Assembly (NCBI RefSeq): GCF_027921745.1
Contig: NC_079238.1
Span: 3,410,001-3,474,000 of the forward strand
Length of the DNA: 64,000 nt
Source: Schizosaccharomyces osmophilus
Taxonomy: Eukaryota
Direction of reading: 5' to 3'
Below, piece after piece: positions 62,986-64,000 of this stretch (position 1 is the stretch's first letter; each line of letters begins with the position of its first letter). The notes below the pieces were generated by a model. That model was given only the letters and a program-made list of their open reading frames with translations. It had not been told where the DNA came from and did no database searches. Both the position numbers and the translations under genes were made by a program.

Positions 62986-63835
62986 CATGCTTAATTTACA
63001 ACTACATTACGTTCACTGAATTTGGGATAGAAAGATATCGTTCACATAATGGTTGTTTACTAGACTTGTCTTGTCTGAGTTGATTTGTTATAATTGTGGG
63101 TTTACTATCCTTATACTTTTAATTTGTACTTATTTTTGGAAGTCCATCTTGTAATTGAACGAAAAAAAATAGAGTTATCTAGATTAAATAGGAAATTTTC
63201 AGACTAGAAGTTACGTTCATATATTAATAAAAATGAAAAATGATACCAATCTTGAAAATAGTTGTCGCATTTTCATCGTATACGGCATCCTTCATCAAGT
63301 TTACTGTCCAACTAAATGGTAAAAGAGAAAAAAATCGAAGAAAAGAAATAAGTAAAAGATTTCCTTGACTACAAGCCAAAGAATTGTCGAATTAGAAGAG
63401 TTGAATCCAATAAAAATGCAGCAAAAAAGCAAAAAAAGTTATAGTGAAGACTGGACTATGCCGAGTCTTTAAACTATTTTAGTAGTTTTCTTGTTTGTTC
63501 AAACAATTAACAAGTCTAAAAATTCTTCAAAAGTGAACGCGACTTGAAAATAAAGCAAAAAGAAAAGACTCATAAAAGCAAATACAAATAGAATTAATAT
63601 GCAAAGAAAAAATAAAACGAGGGTAATCGATCGAAGTAAAACGAAAGTTATTTATGAAGCCAAATAAGCTATTAATTGAATAATCAATAGTACTCATATA
63701 TACAAGGTAGTCGATAAAAAAGAATAAAAGCGAATTAAGAATGTAAACTTGAATGATGAATGTAATGCCATGGTTTTTTTTTTTTTTCTAAAACCATGTA
63801 ATAAAACGAGCGTGAATCATGTCAAACAAGGGAAA

Positions 63836-64000
63836 TTAAACGCTAGCATTAGCTGGCATAAAACCTGGTATGGTCGGTTGAGGCACAACGACATCAATAG
63901 GCATGCTCATGTCAGATGAAACAGACAAGACATCAGATTTCGAACTTGTCCTTGGTGGGTTACCGCATCTGTCTTTACCATAACTGATGCGGAAATGTTC
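63836..64000 (-). CDS. nrd1: C-terminal 54 codons of an RRM protein (Nrd1/Msa2, Mrn1-like); runs off the window
   Basis: Manual translation [23 protein letters not shown]; the GKDRCG motif ends the RRM pairs of this family. Synteny fits. Confidence 0.75.
   Translation of the reverse strand, partial: EHFRISYGKDRCGNPPRTSSKSDVLSVSSDMSMPIDVVVPQPTIPGFMPANASV

Noticed and set aside
1..64000. tRNA, 5S rDNA, wtf meiotic drivers, CRISPR arrays
   Set aside because: No recognisable cloverleaf, 5S sequence, wtf-like exon structure or repeat-spacer array seen by eye. tRNAscan-SE/Infernal would be needed to exclude small ncRNAs.

Overview
Eukaryotic, intron-containing, AT-rich DNA from a fission yeast. 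The proteins are clear but diverged orthologues of Schizosaccharomyces pombe chromosome I genes. From memory, order and strands match the SPAC1F3-SPAC3H8-SPAC13A11-SPAC2F7 region, so this is probably a non-pombe Schizosaccharomyces such as the octosporus/cryophilus/osmophilus group (the species cannot be fixed from the sequence alone). About 26 conserved genes run from gga21 (partial) to nrd1 (partial), including tsr3, sro7, mkh1, rrp6, spo20, nab3, aur1, ubp8, mcp7, erg11, rga8, mrf1, pld1, rsm24, rrp4 and wrs1. The only accessory island is about 55.8-59.9 kb, between the divergent rsm24 and rrp4 promoters. It holds a decayed Tf-like Ty3/Gypsy pol (RT-RNaseH-integrase-GPF-chromodomain) with PPT and 3' LTR but no gag/protease, an inverted perfect 38-bp copy of the LTR start, and a broken Cys-rich non-TE reading frame. 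It also holds a 206-bp LTR-like repeat with a ~98.5% identical inverted twin 6.1 kb away, so the pair brackets pld1 and rsm24. Regulatory signals include a dense Mmi1-type DSR hexamer cluster and an MCB at mcp7, and SRE-like, CCAAT and forkhead motifs upstream of erg11. No tRNA, rRNA or CRISPR was seen. Gene names rest on recalled similarity and synteny, not on a database search.
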